Positions 53,401-61,878 of a stretch of 64,000 nt of DNA are shown here, in pieces (position 1 is the stretch's first letter; each line of letters starts with the position of its first letter). The DNA is from Myxococcota bacterium (GTDB lineage Bacteria; Myxococcota_A; Polyangia; Nannocystales; Nannocystaceae). The stretch spans positions 1 to 64,000 of the forward strand of contig JBCCWC010000004.1 of assembly GCA_039194325.1 (NCBI GenBank), given 5' to 3'. A model generated the notes under the pieces. That model was given only the letters and a program-made list of their open reading frames with translations, was not told the origin of the DNA and did not search any database. A program made the translations under genes and the position numbers.

Positions 53401-55272
53401 TTAGTGATGCCGAGGCCGGTTTGGGAACCGGCGGCGACGCACTGCTCCCAGTAGCAGCAACCCCAGTGCGGTCCAGCCCGGTGCCTGCGGGCGCTGGCGA
53501 CATCCACAGCCGCCCCCGCCGTCGTCTCCGGCCGCGGCGGTGTCGGTCTCCGTCTCGCCTCCGGAACCCGACGCAGATGCAGATGCGGATGCGGATGCGG
53601 ATGCGGACGCGGACGCCGATGCGGACGCGGACGCGGACGCCGACGCTCCCCCCGTCGTCGTCGTCCCGGACTCTTCACCGCCGGACGTATCCACGTTGCC
53701 TCCCGAGGTGTCCATGCCCCCGGTGGTATCCCCGGGCTCCTCGGCGGGACAACCATCGGTCAGGTTACCATTGCGATCCTCGGCGCACACCAGGATCGCC
53801 TCGATCCCGCCGTCGGACGCGGGCAAGACCGCCCGGAACAGGTCACCACCCATATAGGTAGCGTCGACCTCGATGGCCTCCCCCTCGGGATCGATCACCA
53901 CGAAGACACGAGCGAGTCGTGGACCTTCGTCGGTCACCGTACGATCGCTCACCGCAAAACGCAGCACGCGCTCCTCGCCCGCGGGCACCGGCACGATGCC
54001 CTCCTCCGTGGCGATGATCACCGGCGCCCGTGAGTCCTCGGGGACGCCGTCGTTGGCCAAGTACACCTCGTCGGAGCTGGTGACCTCGCCCTGGCCGGTG
54101 ACCAAGTCGAAGCGCCCGTCATCGTTGAGGTCGCCGAACTCCCCCCAGAGGCTGCCATTCCCCGGCGGGGGGAATGCGCCCGGTTCGATCGCGAAGTTGC
54201 CCGAGCCATCGTTGATGAACAACCGCTCGGGACCTTGCAAAGAGATCACCACGCCGTCGAAGTCACCGTCGTCGTCGATGTCAGCACAGACGACGCCATT
54301 GTCGTCGTTGTTTCCATTGCCGGTGACCCTAGCCCCGGTCTCGTCGGCAAAGTTGCCGTTGCCGTCGTTGATGAGCAGCTGTTCGGAATACCCGCCGCCG
54401 ATATTCTCGATCCACAGGTCTAGATCGCCGTCGCCGTCGACGTCGCACGGGGCCACGTTGTAGTGAAACCCCACGTTGGCGGGGGGATCGACCGAGCCTC
54501 CGGCGGCGAAATTGCCGCTGCCATCGTTGAACCAAAGCGCGCCGGTCCCTTGGGCATGGGCATTGACGAACAGGTCGAGATCGAAGTCCCGGTCGGCGTC
54601 GAAGAACTCCGCATCGTCGATGTCGATCCCGGAGATCATGTCCGGAATGGCCCCCATCGCCTCGGTGAACACTCCCGTGCCATCGTTGATGTACAGGTGC
54701 CCGAAAGGGGGACCCCCCACGACGTACCCATCGGCGCTGAAGATGTCGAGATCGCCGTCGTTGTCCACGTCGCCCATGCGCGCCGCGCCCGACCGGGGGT
54801 AGGGGGCGCCGGGCAGGCGTGCATCCGCCTCGTCGACGAACACTCCCGAGCCATCGTTGATGAACAGCACGGGGGGCCCGGCGTTCCCACTGGGGCCGTA
54901 GATATCGATTGCGCCGTCGCCGTCGACGTCGCCCACCGCGATCTGCCGCAGGGCCCCAGAGTACCCGCCCACCGCGCTATCAGAGACGTTGGTGAAGCTA
55001 GCGCTGCCGTCGTTGGTGTAGACGGCAAACGGCTCTTCGATGTTGGGCCCACCGAAGAAGTCGGCATAGTTGGGCAGCAGGATGTCGAGATCGTCGTCGC
55101 CGTCGATATCGGTCACCCGAATGTGATTGGTCCAACATCCCGAGCCACCGCACTCCTGAGGATTGAGCGCCCCCGGGACGAGGTCGTAAAGAGCACCACC
55201 CGCCCGAGCCGAGGTGGGCGTCGTGAGCATTCCAAGGAGCGCCGCGATCGCGGCCAGTGCATATCGATTCAA
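53401..55272 (-). CDS. FG-GAP/VCBS repeat protein with MYXO-CTERM-like tail
   Basis: About 7 DxDGDGDxD repeats with NDGSGxF; (SA)n linker; GCGC...LGLLLLGAVRRRR. Confidence 0.87.
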   Translation of the reverse strand: MNRYALAAIAALLGMLTTPTSARAGGALYDLVPGALNPQECGGSGCWTNHIRVTDIDGDDDLDILLPNYADFFGGPNIEEPFAVYTNDGSASFTNVSDSAVGGYSGALRQIAVGDVDGDGAIDIYGPSGNAGPPVLFINDGSGVFVDEADARLPGAPYPRSGAARMGDVDNDGDLDIFSADGYVVGGPPFGHLYINDGTGVFTEAMGAIPDMISGIDIDDAEFFDADRDFDLDLFVNAHAQGTGALWFNDGSGNFAAGGSVDPPANVGFHYNVAPCDVDGDGDLDLWIENIGGGYSEQLLINDGNGNFADETGARVTGNGNNDDNGVVCADIDDDGDFDGVVISLQGPERLFINDGSGNFAIEPGAFPPPGNGSLWGEFGDLNDDGRFDLVTGQGEVTSSDEVYLANDGVPEDSRAPVIIATEEGIVPVPAGEERVLRFAVSDRTVTDEGPRLARVFVVIDPEGEAIEVDATYMGGDLFRAVLPASDGGIEAILVCAEDRNGNLTDGCPAEEPGDTTGGMDTSGGNVDTSGGEESGTTTTGGASASASASASASASASASASASASASGSGGETETDTAAAGDDGGGGCGCRQRPQAPGWTALGLLLLGAVRRRRFPNRPRHH

Positions 55273-55838
55273 GGGAACCTCCCGTACGAGCGGCCCTTTA
55301 GGAGAGCCAGACGTCGTGCGGGAGTATATGGCGAAGATCGGGCCGTGCCTTCAAGCGCGCTCGATCAGCAGCGCGGGTATGAACCGGCTGCCGTTACGCT
55401 CGCGATCGCCTCAGGCCTCGAACCCCCCGAATCGATCGACCCCGAGGTTTCACCAGGCGGCCGCTTGACGCCCGTGCACAGTGCCGGTTTACGACCAGGA
55501 CCCGGGGCGTGGTCGCCTCGAGCTGGGGGGTGCCACTCGACCGCCGTGCCGAGCTGAAAACCGCAACGCCTCGTCGTCGGGCCGCACCGCACCATGGAGA
55601 CGGTCGGGCGAGTTCGCGCTCTGGTGCTCGGGGAAATCCCCACTTGTCGTATGGCCGGGTCTCCTTGCTCGAATTACAGTGTCTGTTCGGCCGCCGTCTG
55701 CAGGATCCAGGACCGTGGTCGACTCTGAGATCGGCGCTTTGATGGACAATATTGGGAAGAAAAGCCCGCAAGGCCCTCGACATTCGCAATCGAAAGGGGC
55801 CATACTCGGCGTTCCTCCTGGTAAAGGTAACGAATCCA

Positions 55839-56771
55839 ATGAATCGAACATTGATTTTCGCACTCCTGGGTACGGTCGCGCTCGCGTGCACCCCCGTGGA
55901 GGACCCCGAAAGCAACAGCGACACGGCGCCCGCGGACGACGACGACGATATGGGCACGACCACCGAGCCCATACCCGATCCATCCGTGGGCAACACCGGC
56001 ATCAACACCAGCGGTCAAGAAGGCACCAGCTCGGACGATGGCAACCAGATGGACAGCACTGGCAACGCCTTCTTCGTCGAGCCCGACGGTGGTGGCCCCG
56101 TGGTCGAGTGCGACGTATGGGATCAGGACTGCCCCAAGGGGGAAAAGTGCATGCCGTGGGCCAACGACGGCGGCAACTCCTGGAACGCCACGCGTTGCTC
56201 TGAGATCGCGGACAACCCTGGTCAGGTGGGGGACGAGTGCACCGTGGAGGGCAGCGGCGTCAGCGGAGTCGACAGCTGTGACGAGTCGGCCATGTGCTAC
56301 TACGTCGACCCCGAGACCGGGGTGGGAACCTGCGTAGGCTTTTGCGAGGGCAGCCCGGACAACCCCATGTGCGAGCCGGGCTTCTTGTGCGCGATCGCCA
56401 ACAACGGGGTGCTGATCCTCTGCCGCCGCGAGTGCGATCCCCTGCTGCAGGACTGCCAGGGCAGTGCAGCCTGCCTGCCCGCCGCGGGCAGCGACGGCTT
56501 CGTGTGCATCGTGGATGCCTCGGGCGAGACGGGGGCGGCCGGCGATCCCTGCGAGTTCATCAACGCCTGCGACCCCGGCCTGACCTGCACCGTGGCCGAG
56601 AACGTACCCGGATGCATGGGCGCAGGCTGCTGCACCGAGTTCTGCGACCTGACCGAGGTAGACCCCGACGCCGCCTGCACCCAGGCCGGACAGGGCTGCG
56701 TCTCCTGGTTCGAAAAGGGGAACGCGCCGCCGATGCTCGATCACGTGGGCTTCTGCGCGCTCCCGATGTAG
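55839..56771 (+). CDS. Cysteine-rich lipoprotein (CDVWDQDCP..EKCMPWANDG family)
   Basis: Lipobox TVALAC; dense cysteine pattern. Confidence 0.8.
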   Translation: MNRTLIFALLGTVALACTPVEDPESNSDTAPADDDDDMGTTTEPIPDPSVGNTGINTSGQEGTSSDDGNQMDSTGNAFFVEPDGGGPVVECDVWDQDCPKGEKCMPWANDGGNSWNATRCSEIADNPGQVGDECTVEGSGVSGVDSCDESAMCYYVDPETGVGTCVGFCEGSPDNPMCEPGFLCAIANNGVLILCRRECDPLLQDCQGSAACLPAAGSDGFVCIVDASGETGAAGDPCEFINACDPGLTCTVAENVPGCMGAGCCTEFCDLTEVDPDAACTQAGQGCVSWFEKGNAPPMLDHVGFCALPM

Positions 56772-56784
56772 CCCGGGGGTATTG

Positions 56785-56840
56785 ATGCCGAGGCCGGCTC
56801 GGGATGCGCGACTGCGTCGCGCCCGGCCTCGGTCTTACGC
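56785..56840. repeat. REP-like palindromic element, copy 2
   Basis: Reverse complement of 23167-23223 with a few differences; lies between convergent genes. Confidence 0.85.
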
Positions 56841-56868
56841 ACGTGACACCTAGGAGCCGGGTCGCCCG

Positions 56869-59800
56869 TCACGGGCTGGCGTCGGCGCCTGAGCTGGCCT
56901 TCGGCGCGTGGGCGGGCGCCTTCGCTCGACCCGACCGCTCGAGCTGTCGCTGCACCCCCACCGCGTCCATGCGCGAGCGGGTGTACTCGCTGCGCCCGAA
57001 CAGCTCGTTGGTGGCGGGGTACCGGTCGGGCGACCGCTGCTGGAGCTCCTGCTCGCACATCCGCGAGAACTCGTTGAAGAACTGAAACTCCGTGGAGCGC
57101 TCGAGGCAATATCCGAGCGCGGTCACGGCCGCCTCCTCCAGTGGCTGGGCGTAGTCGGCCAACCCGAAGCAGTAGTCGTCGTAGGCCTCTTCGTTGCGGA
57201 TCACCTTGGGCACCTCGGCTCGGTACAGTTGGTCGGCGAAGTTCTGGTACACCACCGCCGAGCGGGCAGACGCGGCCAACACCCAGTGGGGGCTCTTGCT
57301 CTCGAGCACCTCGCCATACGCGGCGATGAGCTCGTCCCGCTTGGCCAACTTGGCGTCGAGGAACGCCTTGAAGCGCGCCTTGGTCTTCTGGACCCGCGCC
57401 AGCTGGCGCTCGTACTGCCTCACGAGCGCCGGGTGACCGGTGTCCTTCTTCCACTCCTCGACGAAGAAGTCCAGATCCTCGGGCATGTCGATCCGCAGGT
57501 AGTCCTCGTAGGCCGCATCGGCCCGATACACCATGGCCATCCCCACGGCGTCGTGGAACGCCCCCTGGCGCTCCTGGTCGCGCTCTTGGTCGCGCTCTTG
57601 GTCGCGCCCGTCGTCGCGCCCGTCGTTGCGATAATGCACCTTGGCCTTGGCGGCCAGCGCAAGCGCCTGCTCGAAGTGGTCCTGAGCGGCCGCGGCCAGC
57701 TTGGGGTCGCGGCGATGCACGGTGACCACCCCCTGAGTGGCCCGCCCGCAGCGGTCGGGAATGGCCCGCTTGTTGCGGCGACGCAGGTCGGCCGCCTCCT
57801 CGCTGGTCTTCGTGCCCATCATCGCCCGCTCGCGTCGGATCGACACGCAGGCGTCCCCCAACATCGTCTTGGGGCACGACTGGCGCCACTTGATCTGACC
57901 GGCGAGCGCGTGCGCGACCGCCAAGCGGTCGAGCCCGCCCTTGCGACCGTAGGTCTCTACGTAAGCCTCGGCGTGGCGCAGCCGCTGCTCTGGCTCCTCT
58001 AGCAGATCGTGCCGGGCCCAGAAGATCCCCGCCGCCCGCTTGGGATCCTTGCGTCGATAGAGCGACTCGTAGTGCCGGAGGTCCTCAGACGCCTCGCGCT
58101 GCTGGCCCAGGCCCAGGCGAAACAGGAACGCGTTCTCCAGGGCATCGCCCGCGAACTCGTCTTTGCGATAGCGCTCGGCGTACTGCTCGTAGCGCTGCGC
58201 CGCATCGGCGTAGAACGCGATCGCGTGGTAGTTCTCGCCCACTTCGCGCAGGGTGTCCTTGGCCAGGTTCGACTCGGGATGGCGCTCGAGCAGGGCCTCG
58301 CGCGTCTGGATCGCGAGGCCCACCTGGAAGTTGGCCTCAAAGCAGCGAGCCGCGTTGAACAGCAGCTCGTCCGATCGCTCGTGCTCGTCGTGCTCCTCGT
58401 AGACGTCGAGGTACTGCCGAGCACACTTGCCGTAGCCTTCGGGGTCCTCACCGGCGATGGCCGCTTGATGGTAGAGCTCGGCCTTGCGCCAGCCTACCGA
58501 GGCCAGCAGGCTGGGCACCGCCTCGCGCAGCCGGGCCGCTTGGGCGTGCTCGTAGAGCTTCATGTCCGCGAGCCGGCGGGCCCACTGCTCCAGCGTCGTC
58601 GAAGCAGCGAGGGTCTGCGCGGTGGAGTTGGCCTTGTCCGCCCACGGGATCGTCAGCGAGTCGAGCAGCATCTCCCCGCCCCACACCGCAAACACGGTGC
58701 CGTCGTGATCCTTGAGCAGTCGCTCGAGCACCGGGCGCGCCTCGTCGAAGCGATTGTGCTCGATCATCATCCGAGCCCGGTGAAAGAGGATCTTGGGCGC
58801 CTCCTCAGGGTGGGCCTTGGCCGCCACCCGCCCGTGCTGCTCGAAGCGCGCGTAGGCGTCGAGCATGGCCTGCTCGTCAGCCGTGTAGTCGCTCACGGGG
58901 AACCGCTGGGACGCGTCGATCTGCTCGCCCGACCGGGCCCGGCGACGCTCGGTGGGATAGACGCAGGTCCCGTCGGGCCGCGGCCGACAGCCGCGACCCT
59001 TGCCCGCGGTCTCGTCGTACTCGAGGTAGTTCTTGAGGCTCAGCATCTGGGCGTAGGCTGCCTCCCCGCTGTGCTTGCCCTTGGGTTGCATGTCGAGCAC
59101 CCGCACGAAGGCGTCGTGGGCCGCCTTGAACTTGGCCAGGCCCTTGTGCTGCTCGCTGCGATCGCGGCGGCTGTAGAGGATCTCGGCCTGCTGCCACAGC
59201 AGCTCCCCGTGCCAGTACTGCATGTCGTAGGCGCCCTTGGTCTTGCCAAAGAGCGATAGGTACTGCGTGTACGCCTTGTCGGCCAGCTCGAAGGCGTCGA
59301 AGCGATGGGTCTTGTCGCCCTCCTCGTGCCACACCGTGGCCATCCGCTGCAGCGTGTCGCGGGTTTGATCGCGGCACCGCTTGCGCACCGCCTTGGATCG
59401 CTTCGAGTCGCGCATGCGCGACCACTCCTGCCCCAGGCGCTCGGTCTCCTTCCACTGGATCCCCTTGTCGTCGCTGGCCAGGGCGTTGATCACCACCCGA
59501 TACTGCCACTCGCAGCGCTCGTCGTCCTTGGGCAGCTCTTGCTTCAGGCGGTGATAGGTGGCGCTAGACTCCACGTACATGCCCTCGCCAAAGTAGGTCG
59601 AGGCCAGGCGGATCATCATCTCGCGGGACATGTCCTGGTCGGCGGTGGGACCCCGGCCGACCTTGCGGAAGAACTCCCACGCCTTGGACGGCTTGCCCGT
59701 GTGCACGTAGGCCGCCACCAGGTCGCGACGGGCGTCGCGTCGCAATTGCTTGCCGTTGGCCTCGCTGCCCGCCCGGCCCTCGAGCGTGGCCTTGATCGTG

Positions 59801-60735
59801 TCCACGAAGCGCTGCAGGCTCCGCGCGTAGTCGGGCTCGGCCGTGCCCACCGGGTTGAGGTAGCACCAGGCCGACTTGTAGATCGCATAGGCATACACCG
59901 GGCTGTCGGGATAGCCGTCGATGACCTTCTCGTAGAGAGTACGGGCCTTGGCGATGTCACCGCTGCCGAACATCTGGTCGCCGAAGCTCACGTACACCTG
60001 AGGCACGAAGCGACTGGTCGGATGCTCCCGCAGCAGCCGCACATACGTATCCTGCATGTCGGACTGGCGACCGAGCTGCCCCAGCTCGAACGCATAGTAG
60101 TAGAGCGCCTCGTCCATGCGCTTCCACTTGGTCCAGCGCTTGTCACCGGCCAGGGCCGCGTAGGCCTTGGCCGCCGCTTCGCTGGCCTTGCGGGCCATCG
60201 CTTCCAGCTTCTTTTGGCGGGCCCTCTGGAGCCGAGCGGCTTCCTTCTTGCCGGCTTGTTCGAGGGCATGGATGTCCTCGTAGAGCGCCCCCGCCTGGTC
60301 CTCGAAGAGCGCCTTGCGCTCGAGATGAAGATCGGCGTACCGAAACAGATAGGAGGGGAAGTCCTTGTCGCTGCGCTCGGCCTCCTCGAGGATCGCTCGC
60401 ATCGTTCGGATCTGGTCGTCGAGGACGGCCAGGGTCACGTCTTGGCGCTTGCGGGTGACCGGGCCGACCTTCGACGTGGGCCCTTGGGGCGCCTTGGTGG
60501 CCGCCTTGCGGGCCTTTTCGAATGCGGTCTTGAGATCTCCCTTGGCGCGGACCTTGCCGCCCTTACGACCGTAGCGGACCTTGGTTGGGGCCTTTGCGGA
60601 CGAGGGCTCCGCAGCCAACGAAGCGCTCGCGAGCCCCCAAAGAGCAGCAACGAGCCAACATAGCCATCCCCAGGAGAGCCGACGCCGACGCGTCGAGCGC
60701 TCCGGGTGCACGATGGCACTCGAGCACATGGACAT
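56869..60735 (-). CDS. Large secreted TPR protein, AgmU/GltD-like
   Basis: About 1290 aa with a signal peptide and many TPR-like repeats (YAIYKSAWCY; CLERS...FNEFS..C). The gliding-motility assignment is by resemblance only. Confidence 0.65.
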   Translation of the reverse strand: MSMCSSAIVHPERSTRRRRLSWGWLCWLVAALWGLASASLAAEPSSAKAPTKVRYGRKGGKVRAKGDLKTAFEKARKAATKAPQGPTSKVGPVTRKRQDVTLAVLDDQIRTMRAILEEAERSDKDFPSYLFRYADLHLERKALFEDQAGALYEDIHALEQAGKKEAARLQRARQKKLEAMARKASEAAAKAYAALAGDKRWTKWKRMDEALYYYAFELGQLGRQSDMQDTYVRLLREHPTSRFVPQVYVSFGDQMFGSGDIAKARTLYEKVIDGYPDSPVYAYAIYKSAWCYLNPVGTAEPDYARSLQRFVDTIKATLEGRAGSEANGKQLRRDARRDLVAAYVHTGKPSKAWEFFRKVGRGPTADQDMSREMMIRLASTYFGEGMYVESSATYHRLKQELPKDDERCEWQYRVVINALASDDKGIQWKETERLGQEWSRMRDSKRSKAVRKRCRDQTRDTLQRMATVWHEEGDKTHRFDAFELADKAYTQYLSLFGKTKGAYDMQYWHGELLWQQAEILYSRRDRSEQHKGLAKFKAAHDAFVRVLDMQPKGKHSGEAAYAQMLSLKNYLEYDETAGKGRGCRPRPDGTCVYPTERRRARSGEQIDASQRFPVSDYTADEQAMLDAYARFEQHGRVAAKAHPEEAPKILFHRARMMIEHNRFDEARPVLERLLKDHDGTVFAVWGGEMLLDSLTIPWADKANSTAQTLAASTTLEQWARRLADMKLYEHAQAARLREAVPSLLASVGWRKAELYHQAAIAGEDPEGYGKCARQYLDVYEEHDEHERSDELLFNAARCFEANFQVGLAIQTREALLERHPESNLAKDTLREVGENYHAIAFYADAAQRYEQYAERYRKDEFAGDALENAFLFRLGLGQQREASEDLRHYESLYRRKDPKRAAGIFWARHDLLEEPEQRLRHAEAYVETYGRKGGLDRLAVAHALAGQIKWRQSCPKTMLGDACVSIRRERAMMGTKTSEEAADLRRRNKRAIPDRCGRATQGVVTVHRRDPKLAAAAQDHFEQALALAAKAKVHYRNDGRDDGRDQERDQERDQERQGAFHDAVGMAMVYRADAAYEDYLRIDMPEDLDFFVEEWKKDTGHPALVRQYERQLARVQKTKARFKAFLDAKLAKRDELIAAYGEVLESKSPHWVLAASARSAVVYQNFADQLYRAEVPKVIRNEEAYDDYCFGLADYAQPLEEAAVTALGYCLERSTEFQFFNEFSRMCEQELQQRSPDRYPATNELFGRSEYTRSRMDAVGVQRQLERSGRAKAPAHAPKASSGADASP

Positions 60736-61057
60736 GGTGATTCCTCCGGCGGCGAACGAAGGCGTAGCCCGACGCGATCGAGCGCCCCCGCGCGCCGGGG
60801 ACGGGCCGAGCCTCGCCGAGCCACCGACCGAAAGGCGTCGCCGCACGCCTTTTCCGGGTGACGAAAATGTGGACCTGCGTATCCCCGCGGGTGCCCGCGA
60901 GCGCACCGGGTTATACGGCCTGGAGCCGGCCAGGTTCCCGCATCCGGGGCCCTGACCCCAAGGTGTTCGCGCCGCTGTAGCGAGCGTGAGGGCGCCCAGC
61001 AAGCACGCAACGTCCCGAGCGGATCTGGTGGATCGGCATGCTATCGTCATCACCATC

Positions 61058-61639
61058 ATGGCCATGGGCGAGCCCAACCCCGCGCGGATGACCTACGCGG
61101 AGTACCTCCTGGCCGAACAATCGAGTGAGACCAAGCACGAGTACCTCCGTGGCGAGGTCTACGCGATGGCTGGGGGCACCCCCACCCATGCCGGCCTGGC
61201 CATGGCGGTAGGGGTGGCTTTGAGTAATGCGCTCGCGGAGCGGCCATGCCGCGTCTTCAGCTCCGATCTACGGGTCCGAGTCGAAGCAACCGACCTGAGC
61301 ACGTACCCCGATCTCACCGTGGTCTGCGGCCGTTTTGAAGGATCGGCCACCGATCCCGACGCCGCGATCAACCCGGTGCTGATCGTCGAGATCCTCTCGG
61401 ACTCTACCGAAGCCTACGACCGCGGAGAGAAATTCGCCCACTACCGCCGGATTCCCAGCTTGCGCGAGTACGTCTTGGTCTCGCAGCACAGGCCACGGCT
61501 CGAGGCCTATGCCCAAAACGACGAGGGAGCCTGGGTGCTCGCCGAGGCAACCGCCGGTGAAACGCTCGAGCTGCGATCGCTGCCCGGCGTACAGCTACAG
61601 ACCGACGCCATCTACCGCGATCCGCTCGCCCCTCACTGA
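61058..61639 (+). CDS. Uma2/DUF820 family endonuclease
   Basis: KHEYLRGEVYAMAGGT, YPDL, IVEILSDSTEAYDRGEKF and LREYVLVSQ motifs. Confidence 0.92.
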   Translation: MAMGEPNPARMTYAEYLLAEQSSETKHEYLRGEVYAMAGGTPTHAGLAMAVGVALSNALAERPCRVFSSDLRVRVEATDLSTYPDLTVVCGRFEGSATDPDAAINPVLIVEILSDSTEAYDRGEKFAHYRRIPSLREYVLVSQHRPRLEAYAQNDEGAWVLAEATAGETLELRSLPGVQLQTDAIYRDPLAPH

Positions 61640-61878
61640 CTCGACTCGGCCGTCACAATCGGTCACCCCGGCCGCAGAACACAGCAAGACCGAAGCTCAT
61701 GGGATCGGGTCGAGGTGACCCTCCCAGCGCCGTGGCGCAATCGCTCGGGCTAGCGAGCCCCTGCCTAGCGCGCCCGAGCGTTGTTCCGGCCCGACAGCCG
61801 CAGACCCCGGCGAGCCTCCGGTACGTTGGGAGGGCGAGCCCGCGCCCCGTCGGCGTGCCGGGACGAGCTGAGGACGAG

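Noticed and set aside
53570..53645. (SA)n repeat, and the DQER/DDGR repeats near 57565-57625
   Set aside because: In-frame low-complexity linker expansions, common in such proteins.
55273..55838. Riboswitch or small gene in a 560-bp divergent intergenic region
   Set aside because: No recognisable aptamer consensus or convincing ORF was seen by eye; an Rfam scan would be needed to exclude one.
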